Shown here in pieces: positions 1 through 11,606 of a stretch of 64,000 nt of DNA (within the stretch, counting starts at the first letter, position 1; every line of letters begins with the position of its first letter). Location: positions 1 to 64,000 of the forward strand of contig JAYWIR010000105.1 of the NCBI GenBank assembly GCA_036172245.1, written 5' to 3'. The notes under the pieces were generated by a model. The model was not told the DNA's origin. It ran no database searches and was given only the letters and a program-made list of their open reading frames with translations. This DNA comes from Raillietiella orientalis (taxonomy: Eukaryota). Position numbers and translations under genes: made by a program.

Positions 1-108
1 AATCCCCGCTGTGGAGAGCGGACGTGCTTTTCCTGCGCTCCGCCTGCGTGGCAAAGCGAGTGTTTTTTTCCTCTTAACTGATTTGTGCGTGCACATCGTC
101 GGTGTCCG

Positions 109-1976
109 ATGGCAGCGTTGCCAGAGGACACCGCGATGGAAGTAGGCGTGATGGAGGCTTGTTCGTCCCCACAGCCTACTGGATCAGGGGCAAGCGCCCG
201 GAATCGTCCCCGGCGACGCCGAGGTCCTGGAGCGCCATGGTGGCCGCGCCTAGCGTGGAAGCCATGGCCGAGATGGAAGCCTACAAGAAAGCAGGGTATA
301 AACCCTCGCTAGTCTACAAGGTAGGCAACCTTTTCGATGGACGAACTGTACGCGCCTTTACGAAGGCGCTGCAGGACGCCAATATTTTTGAAAAAGATCT
401 CGACGGCCTCTGCGTCCTCAGCGGCGGGCACCGGGTCGAGGTGGTATGTAAGGATATCACCTTGGCCCGACGCCTGTTCACCGACCCGCTGATCGTTGAT
501 GGTCGCAAGATCTTGCCGATAACGATGGACCGCTCGGTGGTGGTCCATCTCACTGGGATCTCAACTCGCATGACGAGGTCAGCGGTTCGAGAACAGCTTC
601 AAAAGCACGGAGAAGTTCACGCGTTGTGGCCGAAGTCCACGATTTTCCAAGGCTACAATAGCCTTTTCGGAGGTCAAGCTGCGGCGCGTATCACGGTAAA
701 AGAGGGTGGTGCGCTTCCCCATAAGCTGGGGGTCTGCCAAGAAGCTGTGGACCTCTGGTACGTGGGTAAACGCCAATTTTGTGGCTACTGCGATGCAGTA
801 GGGCATCTACGAAAAAGGTGCCCGAACATTGTGTGCCACCTATGCGGCGAAAAGGGTCACGTTCGGCGCGTGTGCCCCAAGCGCCCCACCCCGGTGCCCC
901 CTGCCGCCAAAAAGGCGCAGGGAAAACGTGGAAAGCTGGCAGAAAGACCAGCTCGCGAAAATGGCCGTTCCCAACTGCCAGCCTCCCTTCCTCCCGTACA
1001 GACGTCGGAGGAAATAGCTACCGCGGGAATGGAGGAGGGTTGGCAGCTGGTGCAGGCCAGAAAAGAGAAAAAAAAGAAAGTGATGATAGAAGAAAATTCG
1101 GAGAAGAAAACTGCCGGCAACAAGAGAAAAGCCGCGCCGCTTTCAAAAAAAAAACTCCGCGAATGCTCGGTGGCTCTGGAACGCTTAGCCGTTCCTGCCG
1201 AGTCCGCCCGCGGCAATGTTCACGGAACAGCTGATGCGGACGCGATGAATACTCGCGTGGACGAGCCCAATCTACGTGTAGAGGGTGAGACGCGAGACTC
1301 GCGCGCCGACAGCCAGGACGCCGCGCTCGATAAAGTCGCGGAGGAGCCCGCGGCAACGTTCGCCGTCAACGATGACGCCGCGCTCGATAAGGTCGCGGAG
1401 CAGCTTGCGGCAACGGTCGCCGCTGGCGAAGACGCGGCCTTCGAGAAAGCAGCGGAGGAGCTCGCAGCAACGCTCGCCGAGCGCGAAACCCCGTCGCGCA
1501 AGGGCGTACGCAGGTCGGCTCCGACGAAGAAGGCCCCCGCAGGTGAGTGCGACCTGGGGGCCGGAAGCGGATCCTCCTCCTCGCAGGCACCCCCCAGGAA
1601 GTCGGGACCCAAGTCCCACAAACCCAGGAGGCGCCTCCCCTCCACCAGTGAGGAGGAGAAGACGGAAGCCGCCGCCAGCGTGGGAATCCCGGAGGGGGAA
1701 TACCCACGCCCGGAAGCCGTCGAGTCGGCCACCCCCATGGAGGAGGGTGAGCAGGGGGGTGAAGTCCTCCCTGCAGTCGCGAAACCTGAGCAGCCCGAAC
1801 CCATGGAGCAGGACGAACAGGGAGGCGCCTCTCCACCTGCGGGTGATCCGGCCGACCCGCCGGCACCGATGGAGGAGGAGGAAAAGGTGCCTTCAGTACC
1901 TGTCCCCCCTCCCCCTCCACCTAGCGTCCCGCCCCAGCAGGTGGCGGACGCCGCATCGCCGTTTTCCCAGGAGTGA
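109..1976 (+). CDS. A1 ORF1, gag-like nucleic-acid-binding protein with two CX2CX4HX4C knuckles; one frameshift near the N-terminus
   Basis: CGYCDAVGHLRKRC and CHLCGEKGHVRRVC. ATG at 109 aligns with the A2/A3/A4 starts (MAALPEDTAMEV); the frame changes near 200. Confidence 0.85.
1317..1487 (+). repeat. Three imperfect 57-nt (19-aa) tandem repeats in A1 ORF1
   Basis: DAALDKVAEEPAATFAVND / DAALDKVAEQLAATVAAGE / DAAFEKAAEELAATLAERE. Confidence 0.8.
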
Positions 1977-2438
1977 CACCTGGGCTCGCCAGGCGCTGTC
2001 GGATTCGCGCGGCCTGTTGGAACGTCAACGGGCTGCGCGACAACGGCAACAGGCGAGATACAGCCGACACCCTGCTTGAGTTCGACCTGGCGCTGCTGCA
2101 GGAGATCCACGTGATCACCGCGGCAGACGCCCAGGAGATCGAGACGATCGCGGGGGGTCGGTTGTATTGGCGGTGCGGCCTCCGCAACACCTGCGGGGTG
2201 GGGTTCTTCGTGAAGCCGGCCATCGACGCTGCTGTGAAGGGCGTGCGCTTCGATGACGGCGGTCGGGTCGGTCAGCTGACTCTCGGCTGGTCCGACTCGA
2301 TCGATCTGATCGTCACAAACGTGTATGCCCCCAACGGCAAACAGGGCAACAGCAAACAGGTTGCTTCAAACCCTAAAACGCGACTATCTGGCGGAAAGGA
2401 CCGTGCGAAAGGCTCACCTGATAGCTGAGATTTCAATC
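1976..2438 (+). pseudogene. A1 ORF2 fragment 1: APE endonuclease N-half
   Basis: WNVNG, LLQEIH, NVYAP motifs; ends at HLIA-x-DFN where B1 is inserted. Confidence 0.88.
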
Positions 2439-2516
2439 GAGTGCAAACGTGTTTTTCTTCGCTCTCGTCTCCGTGCTTTCATCCGCTTGATCTTGGTGTC
2501 GTACATTTTGACGACG

Positions 2517-4439
2517 ATGTCGACCCAAATTGAAGCTACTAAAGTTGGAGAAACAGCATCCGGATCTGCAATCGCGGAACCGACGGCCGCCTCCACTTCG
2601 TCTTTCTCGCCAATTAAGAGGAGTTTTGCTGACGTTGCTGCCCCCGCATCCGTCAAAGGGAAGCCAGTCGACGAGTCGGAGTTGCGGGCATACGTATCCG
2701 AAGGCTATAGACCTGCTCTCCGTTATAAGGTGAGTGGTATTCTTTCTGCGCGCGATGGGAATCAGTTCGACGATGAACTGATTCGTGTTGGCGTGCGGGA
2801 GGAGGACCTTCTCGCCATTATGATCGTAAAAGACATGGACTATTTCAAAGTGCGTTGCAAAGACGCTGCACTTGTGCAACGCTTGCTGCGCACCCCGTTA
2901 TCGATCCGTGGCCAGAAGGTCTTCCCGGCCGCCATGGACGACTCATTTGCAGCGGAGATTTTCGACATTGAGTAGGAAATCACCGATATTGATATTCGGA
3001 ACGCGTTAGCGAAATTCGCCAAAGTCCATGCGCTGTGGAGGGTGCGTAGCAACCTCAAGGACTTCCCGTCCATACACAGCGGAGTCGCTGGAGTCCGGCT
3101 TACAATGCCGGAACGCCGTCTGCTGTCCACCAAACTACAGGTGGAAGACACGGTCGTTCACCTATGGTTCATGGGCAAAGTAAGAACGTGCGAGCAATGC
3201 GGGAAGGAGGGGCATTGTTTGGATAAATGCCCCTCTGGAAAATGCCGTTATTGCAAACTATCCGGGCACCTATTGAAAAATTGCCCGGATCTTTTGCGAA
3301 AAAAGTCAGCCGCGGAGCTCCATCTGAGAAAACAAAGCGCGGATGAGAAGAAAAAATCTGCGAAAAACCTGGAGACCCCACGGCAGAAATTCCGAAACAA
3401 CGCGAGGCGGAATGTCGCCCCAAAGCAGCAGGAAACCTCGCACGCGAAGCCCTGCGCGCCACCTCTCGCGGCAGGGGAGCCGCAAAAGAAAGGGTGCGGG
3501 GAATCCGGGCCAATGATAAGTCCCCCTAGGCGCAATAGCTGTCCTTCGCAAGCACGCCCGGCTCTCTCGGAGTTCAAGCAACCGGGGAAGACGTCAATGG
3601 ACAACGGCGGTAAGGACACTTCCAGTACAGTCAGATCCATTCCTTCACCTCCTGCAGTGGCTGAGAATCCCAAATCGGGTAAGAAGGGTTGTGCCGTGTC
3701 GACTTCGAAAGTTGGCAAAAAAAAATCCGCGTCGCGATCCAACACCGCGAAAGCGGACAAAAATCTCACGCCGTCGCAGTCGGAGAGCAAGCTCTCGACT
3801 GGCGCGGATGCCATGCCAACGAAGGGATTAAAAGCCCTTCCGAAAGCAGCGTCCATGACGAGCGTGTCGGAGCCATCGAAAGTGCTCCCGTCCAAAGACG
3901 CGGATGGCTTCAAAGATGGCCATGGAGCACAATCTCCATTTACGGCGCCACGCGAAGTGAGGAACCGTAATGAAGTAAAGAAGACTTCAGCAAAGGTCCC
4001 TCGTGCAACTGCGCGTGAGCACGCTGAAAACGCGCGCGCCGGGAAAGCAGGCGTCACCAAAAAAGATGCTCTGGTGACGGAAAACGAAAACAGGACAGCT
4101 GTCAATCCAGCAGAACCTGTCACTGCTTCGCGGAAGGCCGAAATTCGATCGAAAATGCGCCCGTCGGACTCCGAAATGGATGCCGTTCGGATCACCGAGA
4201 CGAGGACAACTCGTTCGAAAGCGTGTGCGCGCCGATCAAAAGTAGGCAGCCAGGCAACGCTAGCCGCGAAGCCACGCGAAGTCTCCACGAAACCCGACGG
4301 GGTTAAGCCTGGAGTGGAGGCATTACATGCATGCAGCACGACAGAGGACGGTGACGACCGTCTCCTCCAGCCATTCGTGCTGCTCGCCGTCTGCTCGCCG
4401 GATAAAGCGAGCAAAAAGCCGCCACATTCCCAGCAGTAA
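2517..4439 (+). pseudogene. B1 ORF1 (two CCHC knuckles) with one in-frame stop
   Basis: CEQCGKEGHCLDKC and CRYCKLSGHLLKNC; TAG at 2973-75 where B2-B4 have TCG. Confidence 0.88.
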
Positions 4440-7400
4440 TGCGGGCAATCGCGTCTTTTCGTCGTCTGTCCGTAACGTGTTGGAACGTGAACGGACTGCA
4501 GAACGACGAGAAGAGGCGATTAGTAGCCAACGCCCTGCGCCCCTTCGACCTCGCGCTGCTGCAGGAGATTCACGTAATCTCCGACGAGCAGGCAGCCGAA
4601 ATCGAGGAGCGCGCAGGCGGAACGCTACATTGGCGGTGCGGCGGCGCACACACGTGCGGCGTCCCGTTCCTCGTAAGAGGAAAAATGGCGGAAGCGGTGC
4701 GTAGTGTTCGTTTCGATGACGACGGACGGATAGGCCAGCTTGTCATCAAGTGGTCCGAGTCCATCGATCTCGTCGTTACGAACGTCTACGCGCCGAGTGG
4801 CTCTCGCTACCTCGAAGAAAGAGTAGCTTTCTTTGGTGAGGTGCAGAGCCAGTGGCTCAACAACTCCGGCTTCCAAGTGGCGCACCTCGTTGCTGGGGAC
4901 TTCAACGTCCGCCTGCTCTCCGACGATTGGAGCCGCCCGAGGAAGCGCGCGCTGCCCATCGAGATGTGCGCGTCCTTGCACGCCGCCAACTTGATGGTCA
5001 GCGAACCTGGAATGGAAAGATCGCTCGATCACGTTTTCCTCGATGAAAACCTGCATTCGCGTGTTGGTAGGAGAGGAAGATTGTTGACTGAGCTTTCTGA
5101 CCACCACAGGTTGGAGTTTGAGATCCTTCCGCCAGGCAGGGGGCCTCCGTTGCAAAGCTGGAGGATGCAGGCGGATTGGCTTAGCCAACCGGAGGCTGCG
5201 GAGCATCTACGTGGATACCTCCGAGGCTTTGCCATTCAAGAACTTGCGGACTGGGACGATCTCAAAAGATCTGTCCGCGAGTTCTGTTGCCAATTCCCCT
5301 TGCACCGTCTTCCACGCGGTTTCGGAGAGGGCCTGGCCAACAGTAGAGACTTTCTGCAGGCCCGCACGTTTTCGAGACGCACGGATGTCGGGCGTCTCGC
5401 AGAGTATAAGGCGAGGGCCGAGCGCCAGGTGTGGCAGTCCGGAGCAGCATTCCTGTTGGACGACAAGGGCCAGGAATGCTCGGCCCCAGCCGAAGTACGC
5501 CGCATTGTGAGACGCTACTACTCCTCGCTCTACGCGGAATCTCCGACGGAGGATATTCTTTCTGAGATACTCCTATCTCAAAATGCTCGTGTTGTCGGCG
5601 AGGAGGAACGCGAACTTCTCGACGAGCCCTTCACGGCGGATGAAATTTCGTCCGCAATCGCTGGGCTGAAGAGACGAAAGGCGCCAGGCGAGGATGGGCT
5701 CCCTGCAGAGTTTTATCAGTGCTTTGCAGTGGAGATCATTCCCTTCAAGCTGAAACTCGCGATGCTGATGAGTGAATCCGGGAATGTCCCGAATTCCTTC
5801 CGCTCAGCGAAGGTGCGTCTCCTGCCGAAAGGCGGAGACTTGCGCCAACTTAACAGCTGGCGTCCGATCACCTTGGTGAACTCGGACGTCAAGCTGTTTT
5901 CCAAGCTGTGGGTCGCGCGGTTAGGAAGTATCGCGGAATCTGTGGTGAGCCCGGAACAAACCTACGCGGTTCCGGGACGATCCATGGAGGCGAACATCCT
6001 TTTCGCGCGTACATGGATGCAGCTGCAGGAAGTTGTGACGCAGCAAAGCCAGGCTGCTGCGAAAGTCACTGCCGTAGGCAAGAAGAACAGGCGCCGACGG
6101 CAGGAGGGAACGCCAGGTGCCTTGGCGGTCGCGGTCGATCTCCACAAGGCGTTCGACTGCGTAAACCAGAAGCTGCTTTTGGAGCTAATGGAACGCCTTG
6201 GGTTCCCGGGACAACTCCTGCTGTATTTGCGCGCGTGCTGGCGCCACGCGCTAACCTGCATCACTTTTAGCGGCTGCCGCGTGTATGGTATTCCCGTTCG
6301 TAGGGGCATCCGACAGGGCGACAGCTTAATCCCGTTGCTCTTCAGCATCTTCTTTGAGTTGGTGCTAAGAGCATACAGGCTGACGCTGTCTCACTTGCCA
6401 AGCTCCTGCCCGGGAACGCCTGCCGTGGCCGCCTACGCTGATGACCTGCTTCTTCTGCTCCCCATGTCCACCCCGGCGTCCAGTGTCGAGGATTTCTTCG
6501 ACCTGATTCGTCGGGGAGCGGGCGTGAGCGTGAACAGAGAGAAGAGCGTGGTCGTTCCTGTGGATACGTCGTGGGAGGGGCAGTCCGACTGGATCCGTCT
6601 GGGGATCCCCACGGGCGGGTACTTTAAGTACCTTGGCGTTCCGTTCGGCGCTTTCGGCGCAACCCAAGCGTGGGCGGACTGTCCTCAGAAAGCAGAGTTG
6701 GCCATCAGCCCGTTCTTTAACGGCAAGTTCACCTTGCAGGATCGGGCGACTATTTGGAACACCTTTGTGGCCCCCCTCCTCCGTCCCCTGTTTTTTGTTT
6801 TGGATCCCCCCTATGCGGCGAAACAGCGAACTAAGCGCCTGCTCAGGAACGCTCTCTGGGGTCCGGCGAGATCCAGAATCCGCCTTAAAGAGTTGTCAGC
6901 TCCGCGTCGGGATGCAGGTTTGGGTATCCTGACAATGGAGCGAATCGGACTTCAGGTGCAGTTCCGACTGCTGGCACTGTGTGCCCAGCTATGGACATCC
7001 TCCCTGTGTGTGCCAGCTCGCATTCTCCTGCGGAGATGCGCCGGCAGCTGAGGATTTCTCTCGCTTTTGCCGGGCACTCAATACAGGAAGCGGGGTTTCG
7101 GTTTTCCATTGCGGCAGTTGACCGCACTTCTGGAAGCACACTCTTGGATCTCCTGCCGCCCAATGAACTTCGAAGCTTGGCGGCAGGAGTCTGTTGAATC
7201 CTGGGCGGCGTTCGAAGGAATACGCCCTGAAGATCTTCGCCCCCTGCGCCAATTTTTTCCACGATCCTTGGAAGAAGTACTGCAGCACGAGGTGAAGTTT
7301 TCTACCCTGGCTGCCACGCCTCTTGCCGCAGCGCTGTCTGCCCTCAGAGCAAGAAACGACAGTTACCAACCGGCGAGGTGGGAGGTTTCCTGCACGATAG

Positions 7401-8033
7401 CGGGAAGAACCAAACTCCTTGGCACCTGGAAGACAAGTGAGTTGGCGGACGCCTCCACTCCTCGTTTAAACTGCAATGGAACTCCTCCGGTGGGCAGAAG
7501 AACTTGCTGTCACCCCCGAAGAACTTGTAGTCCCTCCACAGTGTATTGACGGTTCGCTGCTCTCCCTTGCTTGAAAACAAGCCATGGTGCTTTTCGTTCA
7601 CTGGTGTTTTCATTGCAACGAGCGTTGGCATCCTGACTCCTTGGGACTTGCGTCTGCGAACTGATTTCGTAGCGGATCGACGGAGTCGATTCTGCACCTA
7701 CTTCTGGACTGCGGTGTCCTACAAGGACTGTGGCGTAGGCTGGCAACAGCACTAAGGCATCCCGTGGACACCGCAAGAGACTTGCTGCGACGATTCTTCA
7801 CGCCGAGCGGGCTGTCACTAAGCTCACGAATTGCAACCATCGGTTGCATACGCGCGTTAGTTTCCGTCCGCCAGGCGTTGGTAATCAACGGACAGCACCA
7901 AGAGGTAATCAGCAAAGCATCCTTCTACATGGGAGCATCCGCTAGATGGCCTCATTTGACAGAGGAGACAAAGAGGAATCTCGCCGCAATACACCGCCGG
8001 TTTACACACGCTCAGCAGCGGCCAACCCGGTGA
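4439..8033 (+). pseudogene. B1 ORF2 APE-RT-CCHC, open for 870 aa then nonsense and frameshift
   Basis: WNVNG/LQE/GDFN/SDH, KAPGEDG, WRPITL, DLHKAFD, GIRQGD, AYADD, FKYLG. TGA at 7049-51 where B2 has GGA. Confidence 0.92.
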
Positions 8034-8319
8034 TCATTGCCCTACCCTCCATAAACTATTTTTGTATTTTCTTTTTACACCCGCGTCCTCATAGGCTCCG
8101 GAACATTTTAGGTGCTCATCGTTTAAATCCCCGTGGGTACGGAGCCTAACCAAAAACTCGTTACCCTTCCCTACAGTTTTTGATTTTTGTTTGTTTCCCC
8201 TCATTCCTCCCACGCTGCTAGCGGTTTGTTTACCAGGCCTGCGTGCCTGTAATTATTCTATGTTCTCTGTCGTTCTGTTGGATAAGGACATTGTTTCTGA
8301 CCAGTTCATTATTATTATT

Positions 8320-8348
8320 AATAAACGCCCGGCGTGACCGGGTGATAA
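8320..8348 (+). terminator. Representative 3'-terminal module: AATAAA + CCCGG hairpin + GTGATAA
   Basis: AATAAA 8320-25, CCCGG-CGTGA-CCGGG 8328-42. Homologues end at 8692, 17264, 22889, 31115, 37034, 38746, 46632, 52780 and 56836. Confidence 0.7.
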
Positions 8349-8357
8349 ATTTCAATC

Positions 8358-8691
8358 TCCGCCTGCTAACAGGTGAGCCGGAAACACAAGTGAACGCTAT
8401 GAAGGAGTTGTGCGCCGCCATGCGTGCGCGCAACTTGTTCGCGGGTGAGAGGGGAATGGTCCACAGCATCGACTACGTCTTCCTCGACGCTGACCTGTGT
8501 TCACGCGTCGGCAAACGGGGGAGGGTTGTGTCGACGTTGTCGGACCATTCCCGGCTAATTTTCGAGATGCGGCCTCGCGACAAAGGACCGCTATCCAGGG
8601 ATTGGCGTCTGCCGGGGGACTGGACGCGACTCTCAGGTGCGAAGGAACACCTTCGCGGATACCTGAGAGGCGTCACGCTCCGGAATCTCTA
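8358..8691 (+). pseudogene. A1 ORF2 fragment 2: APE C-half and linker start
   Basis: LRLLTGEPETQVN...SIDYVFLD...LSDHSRL; matches the uninterrupted A4 sequence at 52798-53120 on the minus strand. Confidence 0.88.
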
Positions 8692-8904
8692 TTGAAACCC
8701 GGGTGCGCCGGGACGTTTATTCTCACGAATCAACCTATACAATCTGTGACTAGACCAGTAGTCCTGCCACGCCCTGGGAAGATATAGCTTGCCGGGCTAC
8801 CGGTGCGCAGACCGGCGCGGTCGACCTCGGCAGCAGAGGGGAGGGGCAACGAAACAAAAAGAAAACAAAGAATAAACAAAAATCAGGGAGGGAGCGGGAA
8901 GGGA

Positions 8905-11606
8905 TCACAGTCTGCTGGGAGGGTCCGTCATCCTCTGGAGGATGCCGGCAAGCTGTTTCTGATTGTGTGGTTCCAGATGGGGCCATCGCGTCGCCATCCT
9001 GAGGAAACGGGCGGCATACACGTTGGCATCCCTGTCGCTGGATCCTCCCGTCGCTTTGCTCCATCCCACGACGATCCCGCGTAGGCAGCACAGAACTGCA
9101 AGCGAGGCCGCTGGAGACAGGGCGTCACGGACGAAGAGGGGCGCAAAGCGTCTCTGGGATTGCCTTCGGGGATCCCCAGGGCTGCGGCAAAGCGTTCCCA
9201 CAAGGGACGGAGGGCAACACAATCCACTAACAGGTGGGGGAGGTATTCCCTCTCCCCGTACCTGACACAATTAGGGTTGACACCCCCCCGCGTCCAGTGG
9301 TGTCGGCGGGCGTTGCAAGGAAGCCCCCAATGCAACACCATCAGTGCCGACAATTGCCACTTCATGGGGAGGGTGCGCGAGTCCATGAGCACCGGGGGCC
9401 ACTCGAGATGTTCCTCTGGAACATCCAGTAGCTCTCCTCAGCGCAACAGTCCATTTGGGGTGGTCCTCGGGGTCGCAGCGTAGGTGAGCTGACCCGTTCT
9501 CCAATCCCCGATCTTCTTTGCCCTGCTGGCGATCTTCACAGTAACCTCCCATTGTGCCGCGACGTCGCTGCCCAGATGTTCCCGCAGGGTAGGCAGTACC
9601 GCAGCAAGGGAGGTTCTTTGTGCCCACGCTCTTCTTCGGGGATTCTTGATGATTTCTCGGAGCGTTCGGTGGGCATGCAGCCCGAAAAAAGCTATTCGCT
9701 CGTGTTGCGGGCTATGCTCCTGAATCATCAACCACGTGCGGACGGTTTCCTGCAACCAAGCAGGACCGTTCGCGGGGCGTACTAGGATCTGCGCCGAGTT
9801 GTTCTTCACGAGCTTGGCCGCCCTCCGAAGTTGAAGTCCGCAGTGGCAGATGGGGCTTCGGAGTGCAAAGTAGGACGAGAGTCCCGCATTGCCGGTGGCC
9901 CGCTCGACGAGGAGACGTGCAGGGAGGCACGAAGGGGTGCACCAATTTTCTGCAATAAAGGCAACAACTCGGAACTGGAGCTGTAGCTCCAGCCGCTCCA
10001 ACGTCGGAAGGCCCAGACCACCATCCCAACGAGGAGCGCACAAGTCCGAAAGACGGGCTCGGGGCCTCCCTCTGCCCCACAGGGCGATCCTCTTGAGGTC
10101 CTCCGTCCTCTTCTTTGACTCCGCTGAGGGGGAGCAAACAAAAAGCAAGGGGCGAAGGAGGGGGGCCGCAAACGCGTTCCACGCCGCGGCCCGTTCCTGC
10201 AGGTAGAACCTGCCGTCCTGGAACGGGCCGATCGCCGCCTGAGCCTTCTGAAGGCAGCCGGACCACGCTTCCGCAGGGGAGTACTCCCCCAACGGCACAC
10301 CAAGGTACTTGAAGTACCTCACCGTGGGGATCCCCAAACGGACCCAGTCCTGCTGCCCTGCCCACGCCGCTCCGACTGGCATTACGGACGACTTAGCCCT
10401 GTTCACCGTCAGTCCTGTTCCACGACTCAGCAGGTCGAAGAAGTCCTCGACCGCCGAGGCCGGGGTGGACATAGGCAGCAGCAGCAGAAGATCGTCCGCG
10501 TACGCCGAAACCGCAGGCGTACCGGGGCAATCGCACGGCAGGTGCGCAAGAGTCTCCCTGTACGCTCTCAGCACCAATTCGAAAAAGGCGCTAAAGAGCA
10601 GGGTGTTCAGGCTGTCTCCCTGCCGTATGCCGCGTCGCACCGGTACTCTGTGCACGGTTTTCCCGCTGAAAAGAACATTAACTAGCGCGTCGCGCCAGCT
10701 AGAGCGCAGGTAGGCCAACAAAGAGGCCGGGAAGCCCAAGCGTTCCAGAAGCTCCAGCAGGAGATTCTGGTCGACGATTTCGAATGCTTTACGCAAGTCG
10801 ACAGCGACCGAAGGGCTCCCTTCCTTACCCAACCGTTCCGTCTCCCGCCAACGGACGCACCGGAATTCCGGCTGCTCAATAAGCCCCTTCCTTGTTAAAG
10901 CTCTAACCATGTGGAAGCGTGGAACAGGTTGGCCTCCATGCTCCGACCGGGAACAGCATAAGTCTGTTCCGAGCTGATGAAGATGTTGGCAACCCGTCCC
11001 AGACGCTCTGCCTACATCTTGGCTATCAACTTGGCGTCCGCATTCACTATTGTGATGGGACGCCAGTTGTTCGTGCTCCTTAGGTCTCCTCCCTTCGGGA
11101 GCAGCCGCACCTTTGCTGAACGAAACGAGGTGGGAACGTCACCTGTTTCACGGATCAGCAAAATGAGCTGATGTACCAGTGGAGTAAGCTCAGTCGCGAA
11201 AGTTTGGTAAAACTCCGCAGGCAGGCCGTCCTCCCCTGGAGCCTTCCTCTTCTTGAGCTTTCCGATGGCCGAGAGGATCTCGTCCATCGTGAAAGGCTGG
11301 TCGAGGCCTCTTTTCTCCTCCTCCCCGATCGCTGGAGCACCTTCCGGAAGCAGAAGTCGTGAGACGTCTCGTTCCGGAGGCGCCCTGGCGTACAGGAAGG
11401 AGTAAAATTTTTTGAATATCCCGCGTTTGTGAGCGGAAACCGAGTGCTCATGGCCCTGGTCGTCCAGCAAGCTGGCCGACCCGGATTGACAGGCTTGCCT
11501 TTCGGCTCCCGCTCGGTACTCTGCTAACCTGCGCATGTCGGGGGTTCTCGCGTAACGTCGGGCCTGAAGATAGCACCTTTCGTTACGCGGCCCCTCCCCA
11601 AATCCC
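8905..11606 (-). pseudogene. C1 ORF2 3' part: linker, RT and CCHC, disrupted
   Basis: KAPGEDG, WRPITI, DLRKAF, GIRQGD, AYADD, CVRYGEREYLPHLLVDC spread over ORFs 11012-11713, 9438-10910 and 8928-9392. Confidence 0.9.

Larger units (their letters stand above)
2439..8348 (+). mobile_element. Full-length LINE copy B1 (~5.9 kb) with 9-bp TSD ATTTCAATC
   Basis: TSD at 2430-2438 and 8349-8357; near-identical to B2/B3; host APE resumes in register at 8358. Confidence 0.95.

Noticed and set aside
2439..2516. HDV-like or hammerhead ribozyme at the 5' ends
   Set aside because: 5' UTRs are only ~70-120 nt and T-rich, and I could not build the required fold by eye; an Infernal search would be needed.
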